From IMG/VR virus record IMGVR_UViG_3300042398_001452: DNA of 64,000 nucleotides, one strand, 5' to 3'. This DNA is from a virus (lineage: Duplodnaviria > Heunggongvirae > Uroviricota > Caudoviricetes). Below are positions 16,281 to 23,445 of this stretch, one piece after another. Position 1 is the first letter of the stretch. Every line of letters begins with the position of its first letter. Position numbers and translations under genes: made by a program. Under the pieces are notes generated by a model, which did not search any database, was not told the origin of the DNA, and was given only the letters and a program-made list of their open reading frames with translations.

Positions 16281-16583
16281 ATGAAAAAGGAAACAGTAAA
16301 AAAACCAGTTGCTAAAAAATCAGTTAAAAATTCTAACACTCCAGAATGGTTAAATCTGGAAAAGTTTGAAATGAGTTTTGAACATAAAATCAGACTTTTT
16401 AGAAATCTGAAACTTGAAACTACAAACTCCTACTGTGCAACTCCGGGTACTCCTCTTAAATTTGAAAAAATTAAAAATGAGGATAACAAGATTGTTTATC
16501 GAGTTCGCCGCAACGGTCGTAGAACTTTCTTTACAACTTGCGACCATTTGAAAAATCAAGTTGAAACAATACCCGCGGAATAA
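16281..16583 (+). CDS. member D of the 4-copy basic-protein paralog family
   Basis: ...WLNLEKFEMSFEHKIRLFRNLKLE...RVRRNGRRTFFTT. EPM upstream. Confidence 0.7.
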   Translation: MKKETVKKPVAKKSVKNSNTPEWLNLEKFEMSFEHKIRLFRNLKLETTNSYCATPGTPLKFEKIKNEDNKIVYRVRRNGRRTFFTTCDHLKNQVETIPAE

Positions 16584-16603
16584 TCGGGTTTACAAAAAAT
16601 AAA

Positions 16604-16628
16604 GGGGGAATCTCCGGATTCCCTTTTT
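16604..16628 (+). terminator. rho-independent terminator (GGGGGAATC-TCCG-GATTCCC)
   Basis: Hairpin plus T5. Confidence 0.65.
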
Positions 16629-16641
16629 AATAAAAATTTCT

Positions 16642-16656
16642 CTGCGGAACCCCAGG
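16642..16656. repeat. PAL copy
   Basis: CTGCGGAACCCCAGG. Confidence 0.6.
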
Positions 16657-16680
16657 AACACTGATCAGAAAAGATTCAGA

Positions 16681-16722
16681 AATCATTTTTTTTATTTGGA
16701 AAAATCTATTATATTAGCTATG
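16681..16722 (+). promoter_or_regulatory. EPM copy
   Basis: Upstream of the 16741 ORF. Confidence 0.55.
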
Positions 16723-16740
16723 TAATCAAACTAAGAACAA

Positions 16741-16947
16741 ATGGACATTTTAGAAGTTTTCAAATCTATAAAACAAAGTAGAAAAAATCTTAAAGATTTA
16801 GAAGCCCAAGTGATTCTTTTATGGGGAGATCTCTATTGGCTTAATAGTGATTTTCAAAGTAGTAATGAAGCTGCTATGATGGAAAAGATTAGTACAGATA
16901 TTCAATATGATTTACAAAAATATAATTCATTTATTTCATTAAACTAG
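16741..16947 (+). CDS. hypothetical protein (68 aa)
   Basis: Track ORF with EPM upstream. Confidence 0.5.
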   Translation: MDILEVFKSIKQSRKNLKDLEAQVILLWGDLYWLNSDFQSSNEAAMMEKISTDIQYDLQKYNSFISLN

Positions 16948-17003
16948 AAAATAAATTCTTATATTTGTAGTTCATAAAATATTTATTCTTGGAATAAACA
17001 CTA

Positions 17004-17032
17004 AACCCTAGATTGATCATCTAGGGTTTTTT
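17004..17032 (+). terminator. rho-independent terminator
   Basis: AACCCTAGAT-TGATC-ATCTAGGGTT plus T6. Confidence 0.75.
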
Positions 17033-17065
17033 GTGTGTAAAAAAAATCTATACTATATGATTCCC

Positions 17066-17080
17066 CTGCGGCACCCCAAC
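17066..17080. repeat. PAL copy (CTGCGGCACCCC subtype)
   Basis: CTGCGGCACCCCAAC. Confidence 0.5.
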
Positions 17081-17122
17081 GAGATTTTTTATGTATTTAA
17101 TTTTTATATACTATTTTTACAT

Positions 17123-17137
17123 TGGGGGAACCGCAGG
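17123..17137. repeat. PAL copy
   Basis: TGGGGGAACCGCAGG. Confidence 0.5.
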
Positions 17138-17161
17138 AAGACTAATAAGAAAAGATTTAGA

Positions 17162-17205
17162 AATCATTTTTTTATATGTAGAAAAATCCATATATTTATA
17201 TAATC
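17162..17205 (+). promoter_or_regulatory. EPM copy with no ORF downstream (ATG-TAA immediately, then a terminator)
   Basis: The motif is intact. The downstream 17222..17297 region ends in a hairpin plus T-run. Confidence 0.5.
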
Positions 17206-17266
17206 AATAAAACAAAAAGAAATGTAATATTATCATTTAAAAAATAAAATCCCCAATCCCCCAATG

Positions 17267-17296
17267 GAAGAGTTGTATAACTCTTCTTTTTTTTGT
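17267..17296 (+). terminator. rho-independent terminator closing the ORF-less transcript from EPM 17162
   Basis: GAAGAGTT-GTAT-AACTCTTC plus T8. Confidence 0.65.
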
Positions 17297-17323
17297 GGAA
17301 AATTTTAAAACTATTTAAGCTCC

Positions 17324-17337
17324 CTGAGGAACCCCAC
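17324..17337. repeat. PAL copy
   Basis: CTGAGGAACCCCAC. Confidence 0.5.
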
Positions 17338-17417
17338 ATAAAAATTGTAGAGTATAATAGTAAAGTAATAGTAAGAATAGTAAGTAATAGTAGTAAAAAT
17401 GTATTACCATAATTCCT

Positions 17418-17432
17418 CTGCGGCACCCCAGG
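17418..17432. repeat. PAL copy (CTGCGGCACCCCAGG subtype)
   Basis: CTGCGGCACCCCAGG. Confidence 0.6.
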
Positions 17433-17462
17433 GTGGTAAATATATAATTAACTATTTTCAGA

Positions 17463-17505
17463 AATCATTTTTTTATATGTAGTATAATCCATATATTTAC
17501 TTAAT
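17463..17505 (+). promoter_or_regulatory. EPM copy
   Basis: Upstream of the 17519 ORF. Confidence 0.55.
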
Positions 17506-17518
17506 CAATCATTCAAAC

Positions 17519-17755
17519 ATGGCATCATCTAAAACATCTTCAAGCATTAGTATCACAACAGTACTATTTCTGATATTCCTAACTCTTAAACTAACTAACC
17601 TCATAGCATGGTCTTGGTGGTGGGTCACAGCTCCTTTATGGATACCTGTATTACTAGCAATAGCTATTATAGTGATAGCTGCATCAGTAATCATTATTGC
17701 ATTTGCTCTAGGATTCTCCGGAGATGACATTAAAAGAAGAATAAGAAGAAATTAA
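17519..17755 (+). CDS. hypothetical membrane protein (78 aa)
   Basis: Track ORF with EPM upstream. Hydrophobic W-rich core. Confidence 0.5.
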   Translation: MASSKTSSSISITTVLFLIFLTLKLTNLIAWSWWWVTAPLWIPVLLAIAIIVIAASVIIIAFALGFSGDDIKRRIRRN

Positions 17756-17771
17756 CTTAACACACAATATA

Positions 17772-18008
17772 ATGGAAAATCAAACAAAAGTAGATTATCT
17801 AAAAACACTCTTTACTGTAACAGAAGTACAAGATGAAGGATGTAGCTTTGAAGCTCCCGACTGCTATGAAGCATATATCTTATTTGAAGACTTTCAAGTA
17901 GGGGACACCGCGAATGATATATGTAGTGCTTCAGAATACTACTCATGCTGTGGAGACGTATTAGACAAAGACTATATGATGTGTCCAACTTGCTACGAAC
18001 ATTGCTAA
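17772..18008 (+). CDS. hypothetical Cys-rich protein (78 aa)
   Basis: Track ORF. CxxC...CC...CPTC cysteines. Terminator at 18041. Confidence 0.5.
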   Translation: MENQTKVDYLKTLFTVTEVQDEGCSFEAPDCYEAYILFEDFQVGDTANDICSASEYYSCCGDVLDKDYMMCPTCYEHC

Positions 18009-18040
18009 TTTCATAGTTCATAGATTAACAAAAAAAGAGA

Positions 18041-18062
18041 GGAGCTTTATGCTCCTTTTTTT
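18041..18062 (+). terminator. rho-independent terminator
   Basis: GGAGC-TTTAT-GCTCC plus T7. Confidence 0.7.
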
Positions 18063-18081
18063 ATGCACATCTCTTTTCCCT

Positions 18082-18096
18082 CTGCGGCACCCCAGG
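18082..18096. repeat. PAL copy (CTGCGGCACCCCAGG subtype)
   Basis: CTGCGGCACCCCAGG. Confidence 0.6.
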
Positions 18097-18128
18097 GAAT
18101 ACAATTAATATAATTAATTATTTTCAGA

Positions 18129-18172
18129 AATCATTTTTTTATTCGTGGAAAAATCCATATATTTATATAGTT
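18129..18172 (+). promoter_or_regulatory. EPM copy
   Basis: Upstream of the 18193 ORF. Confidence 0.55.
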
Positions 18173-18192
18173 AATCAATTAAACATATAAAC

Positions 18193-18372
18193 ATGAAAAA
18201 ACTAAATCTCTTCATCACACTAACTATCCTAGTATTACCAATAGGAACTATCCTAATGCTAGGAGGTAATCACATAGGAGAATACCTAGTATCAATAGGC
18301 TCTATTATGGGTCTTTATACATGCTACCTTCTAGACCAAGAAGAACAGAAAAAACCCGAAAACCAACCCTAA
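18193..18372 (+). CDS. possible 59-aa membrane peptide
   Basis: ATG after EPM copy 18129. Hydrophobic N-terminal two-thirds. Confidence 0.4.
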   Translation: MKKLNLFITLTILVLPIGTILMLGGNHIGEYLVSIGSIMGLYTCYLLDQEEQKKPENQP

Positions 18373-18415
18373 AAAATAGCCCCCTAAAAAGGGCTATATT
18401 TATATGGTAAAACCC

Positions 18416-18430
18416 CTGCGGCACCCCCTA
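18416..18430. repeat. PAL copy (subtype)
   Basis: CTGCGGCACCCCCTA. Confidence 0.5.
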
Positions 18431-18461
18431 GTGAAAAATGATAAATCTTTCATTTATCACA

Positions 18462-18478
18462 CTGAGGCACCCCCACAT
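18462..18478. repeat. PAL copy (subtype)
   Basis: CTGAGGCACCCCCACAT. Confidence 0.5.
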
Positions 18479-18510
18479 AAATACCTTTAAACTTAAAAAC
18501 TATAGCACAT

Positions 18511-18545
18511 TAAAAAGGCCCTTATTTTAAGGGCCTCTTCTTTTA
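18511..18545 (+). terminator. terminator-like hairpin at the end of the early block
   Basis: AGGCCCTTA-TTTT-AAGGGCCT followed by a T-rich stretch. Confidence 0.5.
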
Positions 18546-18880
18546 GATATGTAACCAACTAAAAGATATATGGAGAATATACAGCTAATATAGATATAAT
18601 TCACTATATAAAAAAATGATTCCAGGCCCCAAATATCACTAAAATAAGGGGCCTAAAATGAGCTTTTTAAAGGGCCCAAAATCTCTTAAAAAAGGCCCTA
18701 AAAACCCCCCATTTTAAGCCTTTTTGGCCCCCTCTAAAAGTGTGCTAATGCCCCGGGGGGTAATTCTAATTTTGGCCCCCGGCTTCGGGCTAGCAAAATT
18801 TTATGAGCCTACCAAAAGGGTCCTTTCTAGGATTTATCCCGGACTATCCAGGAGGTCTAGGTGAGTTACCTTTAAACATT

Positions 18881-18925
18881 CCTATGCGTACGCGCACACG
18901 CGTATAGGGGTGGGCCCAGGCCCTG
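18881..18925. repeat. GCH-related copy 6 inside the gene-free GC-island region
   Basis: CCTATGCGTACGCGCACACGCGTATAGGGGTGGGCCCAGGCCC. Confidence 0.45.
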
Positions 18926-19050
18926 AATATGGTGTGTGTTCTCGAATCAAAATTTTTTTTTATAGGGAAACTATAGCCTCCTAGGGCTCGCCTCGATATA
19001 CTATCTAATAGGGTGGGGTTGGGACCTAAATATGATGTGTGTTCATTTTT
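18903..19050. repeat. about 45-nt imperfect direct repeat, 2 copies (TATAGGGGTGGGCCCAGGCCCTGAATATGGTGTGTGTTC / TAATAGGGTGGGGTTGGGACCTAAATATGATGTGTGTTC)
   Basis: Copies at about 18903-18945 and about 19006-19046, each followed by an A/T tract. Confidence 0.6.
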
Positions 19051-19100
19051 GAAAATTTTACGTGCGGGGTAGAACTTGTGTTTCTAGGGCTTCGTATTAA

Positions 19101-19571
19101 TCAATTACCTGTCCAGATAGGAATTATTTTAGCATCTGAAGGTATTATTCTCTTGTATTTATCTGAAATCTGTAGGATATCATATTTAGATATTAGTCTT
19201 TGAAGTGGTGTAGATTCGCCTGATTTATTTCTTCTAATCACATTAGAGAAAGCTTTCTCTGGATCATTTTCGAAGTACATTATTTCTAGTTCAGCCCCGG
19301 AATCTTTTATTTTTTTTATTGTTGAATATGGAATATCTGTATATAATCTATAATCAAACATTATAGGACCATCTGATATTATCTGATTTTCCATTCCTGA
19401 ATTTTCTAATGCTTTTCTAATCTGATTATCATCATAGATCTTATAATCCATATTAGGGTTTTCCATCTGTATTTTCTTAGCAAGATATGATTTACCAGAT
19501 CCAGGAAGACCTAGTATTAGTATAGTTTTCTTTTTGTTGGTGTATTCTTCAAAAAGTTTAATCCTTCTCAT
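19101..19571 (-). CDS. P-loop NTPase / nucleotide-kinase-like protein with N-terminal leader MRRIKLFEEY (156 aa)
   Basis: Walker A motif ILILGLPGSGKSYLAKK directly follows the leader. Confidence 0.7.
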   Translation of the reverse strand: MRRIKLFEEYTNKKKTILILGLPGSGKSYLAKKIQMENPNMDYKIYDDNQIRKALENSGMENQIISDGPIMFDYRLYTDIPYSTIKKIKDSGAELEIMYFENDPEKAFSNVIRRNKSGESTPLQRLISKYDILQISDKYKRIIPSDAKIIPIWTGN

Positions 19572-19603
19572 CTTATCTATATTTATCTTTGAATATATAT
19601 ATT

Positions 19604-19629
19604 AAGCCAGCTTCTAGCTGGCTTTTTTG
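19604..19629 (+). terminator. rho-independent terminator (plus-strand sense) upstream of the minus-strand kinase gene
   Basis: AAGCCAGC-TTCT-AGCTGGCTT plus T6. Confidence 0.65.
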
Positions 19630-19746
19630 TGACCAATGGTTTGCCCTCCGGGCCTTAGATTTTTCTACAGTTCTTGTATGAGGCCCTGGGGGCCTTTAAT
19701 CTTAGATGGCTTTGGATTCTCTTTGATTTATGTGAATATATAATGT

Positions 19747-20862
19747 ATGAAACACCTTAAGTTATTTGAAGATTTTAATCCTTATGAGTATGAGCTTCCT
19801 AATTTCAGGGTAAGCCTAGTAAGTTCGGGCATGACTAACGGTAAATACCTTTTTAGCCTAGTTGATGGAGACGCCAATTCTTATTGGGGGATTTTCGATT
19901 TGGAAGGTCTTAAAGTCCTAGAGGATGAGATGAACACCATATGTGTCTTAGAAGAATTATTCAATGCTATAGCATACAACAAAAAAAATGATCCTGTTGT
20001 GTGGGCTACGAAAAAATGGACTAAACTTGTTATCAATAAGGTTCCAGAAGATTCTAAGCTTATTGTTCTTCTGAATAAGCTTGTGGTTGATAAAGACATA
20101 ATGGCGGATTGGGGGATTAGAAAAAATCTTAATATCTTAGGTGCTTTTCACGAATACATTGCAGATGTTGTCTCTGACGAGAATGAAATTCCAGAAGTTG
20201 ATTTTGGATTTTCGAAGGACGAGGGCATAATAATCGTTCCCGCTGAGGTGAACACTTTATACCATGAAGGAAACCATCTAGGAAGCTTCGATGACACCAC
20301 AGGGAAAATCATTAAAGACAAGAGAGATGAAAATTACTTTGCCATTGATTATGAAAACCCTTTAATGGTTAAACACGATAATAATTACACAGATCCTAAA
20401 TTCTGGAATGCTCCTCCTGATAACAAAGAATGGATTACTACCCCTATAAATTTTGATGACATAGAGCCTTATATGCCATCCATCATAGAAGGAGGAGCTC
20501 CTAAAGCATTTTTAAAGGTCATAGAAAAGTATAAGGGCATAAGAGACAGAAAGCCAACCATAAGAAAAATACCAACATTCATCGAAGGGGTTGAGAAGGG
20601 ACTTCTTAGGGATTATGGAAATGATTTAGAATTTAAGAAATTCCTAGAAGAGACCGATTACATTCAATTGGTGGACCAGATAGAGAAAGAAGAGACTAAA
20701 TTACGAAGAGAAAGATCACCGGAGAAATTATTGATCCTCAAATCCATATTGGATAAAAAAGAGGTGCTTATTAATTCATGGGAAGATAGACTTCCTATTG
20801 ACTTTATTAAAATGGAGAGAAGCGGTCTGGGTATAACCAGATTTAATTACGGTCTTAAATAG
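19747..20862 (+). CDS. leader-family protein (MKHLKLFEDF), 371 aa
   Basis: Track ORF. Leader decapeptide at N-terminus. C-terminus ..GITRFNYGLK loosely resembles the shared ..RF tail. Confidence 0.7.
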   Translation: MKHLKLFEDFNPYEYELPNFRVSLVSSGMTNGKYLFSLVDGDANSYWGIFDLEGLKVLEDEMNTICVLEELFNAIAYNKKNDPVVWATKKWTKLVINKVPEDSKLIVLLNKLVVDKDIMADWGIRKNLNILGAFHEYIADVVSDENEIPEVDFGFSKDEGIIIVPAEVNTLYHEGNHLGSFDDTTGKIIKDKRDENYFAIDYENPLMVKHDNNYTDPKFWNAPPDNKEWITTPINFDDIEPYMPSIIEGGAPKAFLKVIEKYKGIRDRKPTIRKIPTFIEGVEKGLLRDYGNDLEFKKFLEETDYIQLVDQIEKEETKLRRERSPEKLLILKSILDKKEVLINSWEDRLPIDFIKMERSGLGITRFNYGLK

Positions 20863-20986
20863 ATTATTTTAATGACTATGCTGAAAAGAGTCCCTATGGA
20901 CCTTGAACACTGGATGCTTTGATTCTCTTTAGGATGTGCATATGGTTAGCCTAGATATAATGGATATATAATATAAAACAAAAGAG

Positions 20987-21487
20987 ATGGCATTATTTGA
21001 CACTTTTCAAGGAGGTACAATCGTATATTATCTTCAGCCGGGTGATCCTGGATTCACTGCACCAGATACTAATGGATTAATAGTTTATCCGCAATTATTA
21101 GGAACAGCAGAATGGGGTTGTTATGGTACACAGTTAGATGTTTTCGGTACTGCTTTAGGAACTGGGAGTGCTAACACTGCTAGTATAGTAGCTGGATGTA
21201 CTCAAGCTGGTACAGCTGCAAAGATATGTTCAGATTTAAATGTTGGTGGATATTCAGATTGGTATCTTCCTTCTAAGGATGAATTAAACAAAGTTTATCT
21301 TGTTCAGTCTAGTCTTTCTTTCTTAAACATCACTGCTGGTTATTGGAGTTCTTCTGAGACTGCAGTTGATGTAAACTTTACTGTTCTGAACACTGCTTAT
21401 GCTCAGTTATTTGCTCAGACTTCAAATTCACAGGTTTCCACTAGTAAGTCGAATCCTTATTATGTTATTGCAATGAGATCGTTCTAA
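20987..21487 (+). CDS. hypothetical protein, DUF1566-like (W-x-LP-x-x-x-EL) motif
   Basis: GYSDWYLPSKDELNKVY resembles the conserved core of DUF1566-type domains. Ends ..NPYYVIAMRSF, similar to the tails of 21490 and 47622. Confidence 0.5.
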   Translation: MALFDTFQGGTIVYYLQPGDPGFTAPDTNGLIVYPQLLGTAEWGCYGTQLDVFGTALGTGSANTASIVAGCTQAGTAAKICSDLNVGGYSDWYLPSKDELNKVYLVQSSLSFLNITAGYWSSSETAVDVNFTVLNTAYAQLFAQTSNSQVSTSKSNPYYVIAMRSF

Positions 21488-21489
21488 TA

Positions 21490-21864
21490 ATGAAGAGTTT
21501 CAAGTGTGGGTTTATTGAGGTGATGGATCACGATTACTATAAGAATCAGAGGCAACGTGGAAGTATTCATATGAATTGGAATGATTATATTCATAATGGA
21601 TGGGATCCTTTTTTAAAATCTTTGAAAGAGGACGGATGGAGAGCTCCTTACATACAGGAGATCAAATATCTTTATAGTCTACACCTTATGAACATTGGAG
21701 CTTTTAGTTACGAGCTTCCTCCTTATAGTTATTATATAACAGAGCCTTATAGGAGAACTACTTGGAATGACAAATGTAGTTTTTTCGATTTTCATAATGG
21801 TAGGCTTTCTAATGATGTTGGTGATAAGTCGCTAGGTCATCTCAGATTAGTTAGAAATATATAG
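21490..21864 (+). CDS. hypothetical protein (124 aa), paralog of 47622..47948
   Basis: GWRAPYIQEIKYLY and terminal HLRLVRNI match GWRLPYESEFLTIY and YYVRLVRNI of the 47622 ORF. Confidence 0.55.
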   Translation: MKSFKCGFIEVMDHDYYKNQRQRGSIHMNWNDYIHNGWDPFLKSLKEDGWRAPYIQEIKYLYSLHLMNIGAFSYELPPYSYYITEPYRRTTWNDKCSFFDFHNGRLSNDVGDKSLGHLRLVRNI

Positions 21865-21867
21865 ATA

Positions 21868-22380
21868 ATGACTTACTTTGTTAATCTATTACAAACATCT
21901 TACGGACAGGCTGGAAGATACTACTCATATCGTTTATATTCAGGAGAATCTGTTGAGGATATAAAAATGAATATACTTAATGGTATAAAAGATGAGTGGG
22001 GTGATTATATAGATGGATTTGAAAGAAATCTTGATATTATAAGTGATAAGCCTTTGAAAGATTTAGTTACCAGAATCAATGATTTAATACAGGATTATAT
22101 GGATGAGGACTATGGAGATATAACAGATTATGATTTGATTTTAGATGATCCTTATACAGATCTTGGTAAGTCTTTTGATTTTTATAGTGACTATCTTGAA
22201 TTATTGGAGGGGGATATTGAAGACTACGAAGATGCTAGCTTTTATTTCTATGGAGATTATGCTATAAAAATACAGGATGTATTTCCCATTCTTTCAGATA
22301 TTAGAGATGAGTATAACGTGAGTATTCCTACTGGATATGCTGAGAAGATGTCTAGATATTTATTTGGGGCATATAATTAA
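21868..22380 (+). CDS. hypothetical acidic protein (170 aa), paralog of 26573..27094
   Basis: YSGESVEDIKMNILNGIKDEWGDY and DDPYTDLGKSFDFYSDYLELL match YSGEDIERIKSEIVEDIKDEWENEF and SDEPYTDIRQAIDFYFEYLSI. Confidence 0.6.
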   Translation: MTYFVNLLQTSYGQAGRYYSYRLYSGESVEDIKMNILNGIKDEWGDYIDGFERNLDIISDKPLKDLVTRINDLIQDYMDEDYGDITDYDLILDDPYTDLGKSFDFYSDYLELLEGDIEDYEDASFYFYGDYAIKIQDVFPILSDIRDEYNVSIPTGYAEKMSRYLFGAYN

Positions 22381-22381
22381 G

Positions 22382-22420
22382 AATCATTTTTTTTATCTCT
22401 TTGAATTTTCTATCTTTGGT
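22382..22420 (+). promoter_or_regulatory. EPM copy outside the early block
   Basis: AATCATTTTTTTTATCTCTTTGAATTTTCTATCTTTGG before ATG 22433. Confidence 0.45.
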
Positions 22421-22432
22421 AAAAACAGAGAT

Positions 22433-22780
22433 ATGGCTTTAAATTATGATCTTAATGAGATAAAGGGGTTTAAAAGACTTTACGAGAAATCTATTGAAAC
22501 TAGCGGATTTAAAATCAAAGATATCCCTCAGACTATTATACTTAGCACTATGAGTGTGGGTATGAGGGAAATCACCAAAGACAATTACATTAAATTCTAC
22601 AATCGTCTCAGTCTACTTGAGAATGTTTATGGACCTATCTTCTATGTGAGAAAGAGAGGTAAGATGATTCCTCGCCCTATTAAATTAGAAGAAGTCGAGC
22701 GTATGATTGGGTTGAAGACTAATGCTTCAGAGATTTCAAGAACTAAATTTATGTCGAGAATCGATAAGGATAAATTTTAA
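22433..22780 (+). CDS. hypothetical protein (about 115 aa; track ORF 22337..22780 trimmed to the ATG after the EPM copy)
   Basis: EPM copy 22382 ends just before ATG 22433. Confidence 0.5.
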   Translation: MALNYDLNEIKGFKRLYEKSIETSGFKIKDIPQTIILSTMSVGMREITKDNYIKFYNRLSLLENVYGPIFYVRKRGKMIPRPIKLEEVERMIGLKTNASEISRTKFMSRIDKDKF

Positions 22781-22830
22781 AATCCTTTTTTTAATCAGAA
22801 ATAGGTTTCTAACTTAGCAAAAAAATCAAG

Positions 22831-23172
22831 ATGAAAAATAAACAAGCACGGGTGCTTAACGCAATCCCAGAGAACATGACACTAACTGAATATTTTGACT
22901 CATTAGATGTCTTCGAAAAAAGAGAGTTGATTGACGAGCTAAAATACATGGGGGATGTTTATTCTAAGAATTTCACTAGAAATATCATTCTTGCAGTGGT
23001 ATCTTGGTTGTGTTCATTCTTGTGTTACTTCGGAGTTCAAGAAACTTGGTTCATTTACTACTTAATTTTGATCAATGTGCCTTTAACTATTTTCTTATGG
23101 TTGAATATTCGAAACTACACCAATTATAGTGGGGTTGCTAAGCATTTAGAAAAACGAATGAGAGAACAATAA
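22831..23172 (+). CDS. hypothetical membrane protein (113 aa)
   Basis: Track ORF with two hydrophobic segments. Confidence 0.55.
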   Translation: MKNKQARVLNAIPENMTLTEYFDSLDVFEKRELIDELKYMGDVYSKNFTRNIILAVVSWLCSFLCYFGVQETWFIYYLILINVPLTIFLWLNIRNYTNYSGVAKHLEKRMREQ

Positions 23173-23182
23173 AAATAGCATA

Positions 23183-23401
23183 ATGGTAAAAAGAGGATTA
23201 TCTGGAATTTACTTCCGAGCAAAAAACGAAGAGACTGGAAAATTTGAGAATTTTGTATTTGAGGACTTGTCCGAAGAGAAACAAGATGAAATGATGAATG
23301 GAAGGTCTGAAGAGTGGCTAAAGAGCTTAGCTAAGCAATTAGCAAGCACACTACGGGCTATTGGTGATCAATTTGATATTGCAGTTGGATCAGATGAGTA
23401 A
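23183..23401 (+). CDS. hypothetical protein (72 aa)
   Basis: Track ORF. Confidence 0.5.
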   Translation: MVKRGLSGIYFRAKNEETGKFENFVFEDLSEEKQDEMMNGRSEEWLKSLAKQLASTLRAIGDQFDIAVGSDE

Positions 23402-23445
23402 TTTAACGGAACTTTTGGTTACTTTTGTATATATAATAAAATAAT

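Larger units (their letters stand above)
18370..19100. other. gene-free region with clustered GGCCC/GGGCC motifs and hairpins, a candidate genome terminus, pac site or origin
   Basis: About 730 nt with no ORF of 60 aa or more on the gene strand. Carries 10 or more short GC islands (AGGCCC, GGGCCT, CCCCGGGGGG, GGCCCCCGG) in AT-rich background. It is the boundary between the cassette-type early block and the differently organised downstream genes. Confidence 0.45.

Noticed and set aside
330-18172. Repeated about 45-nt promoter motif considered as a CRISPR array
   Set aside because: Repeats are separated by 300-900-nt protein-coding genes of variable length rather than 25-40-nt spacers. Each lies at a fixed distance upstream of an ATG. 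The motif matches a promoter architecture, not a CRISPR repeat.
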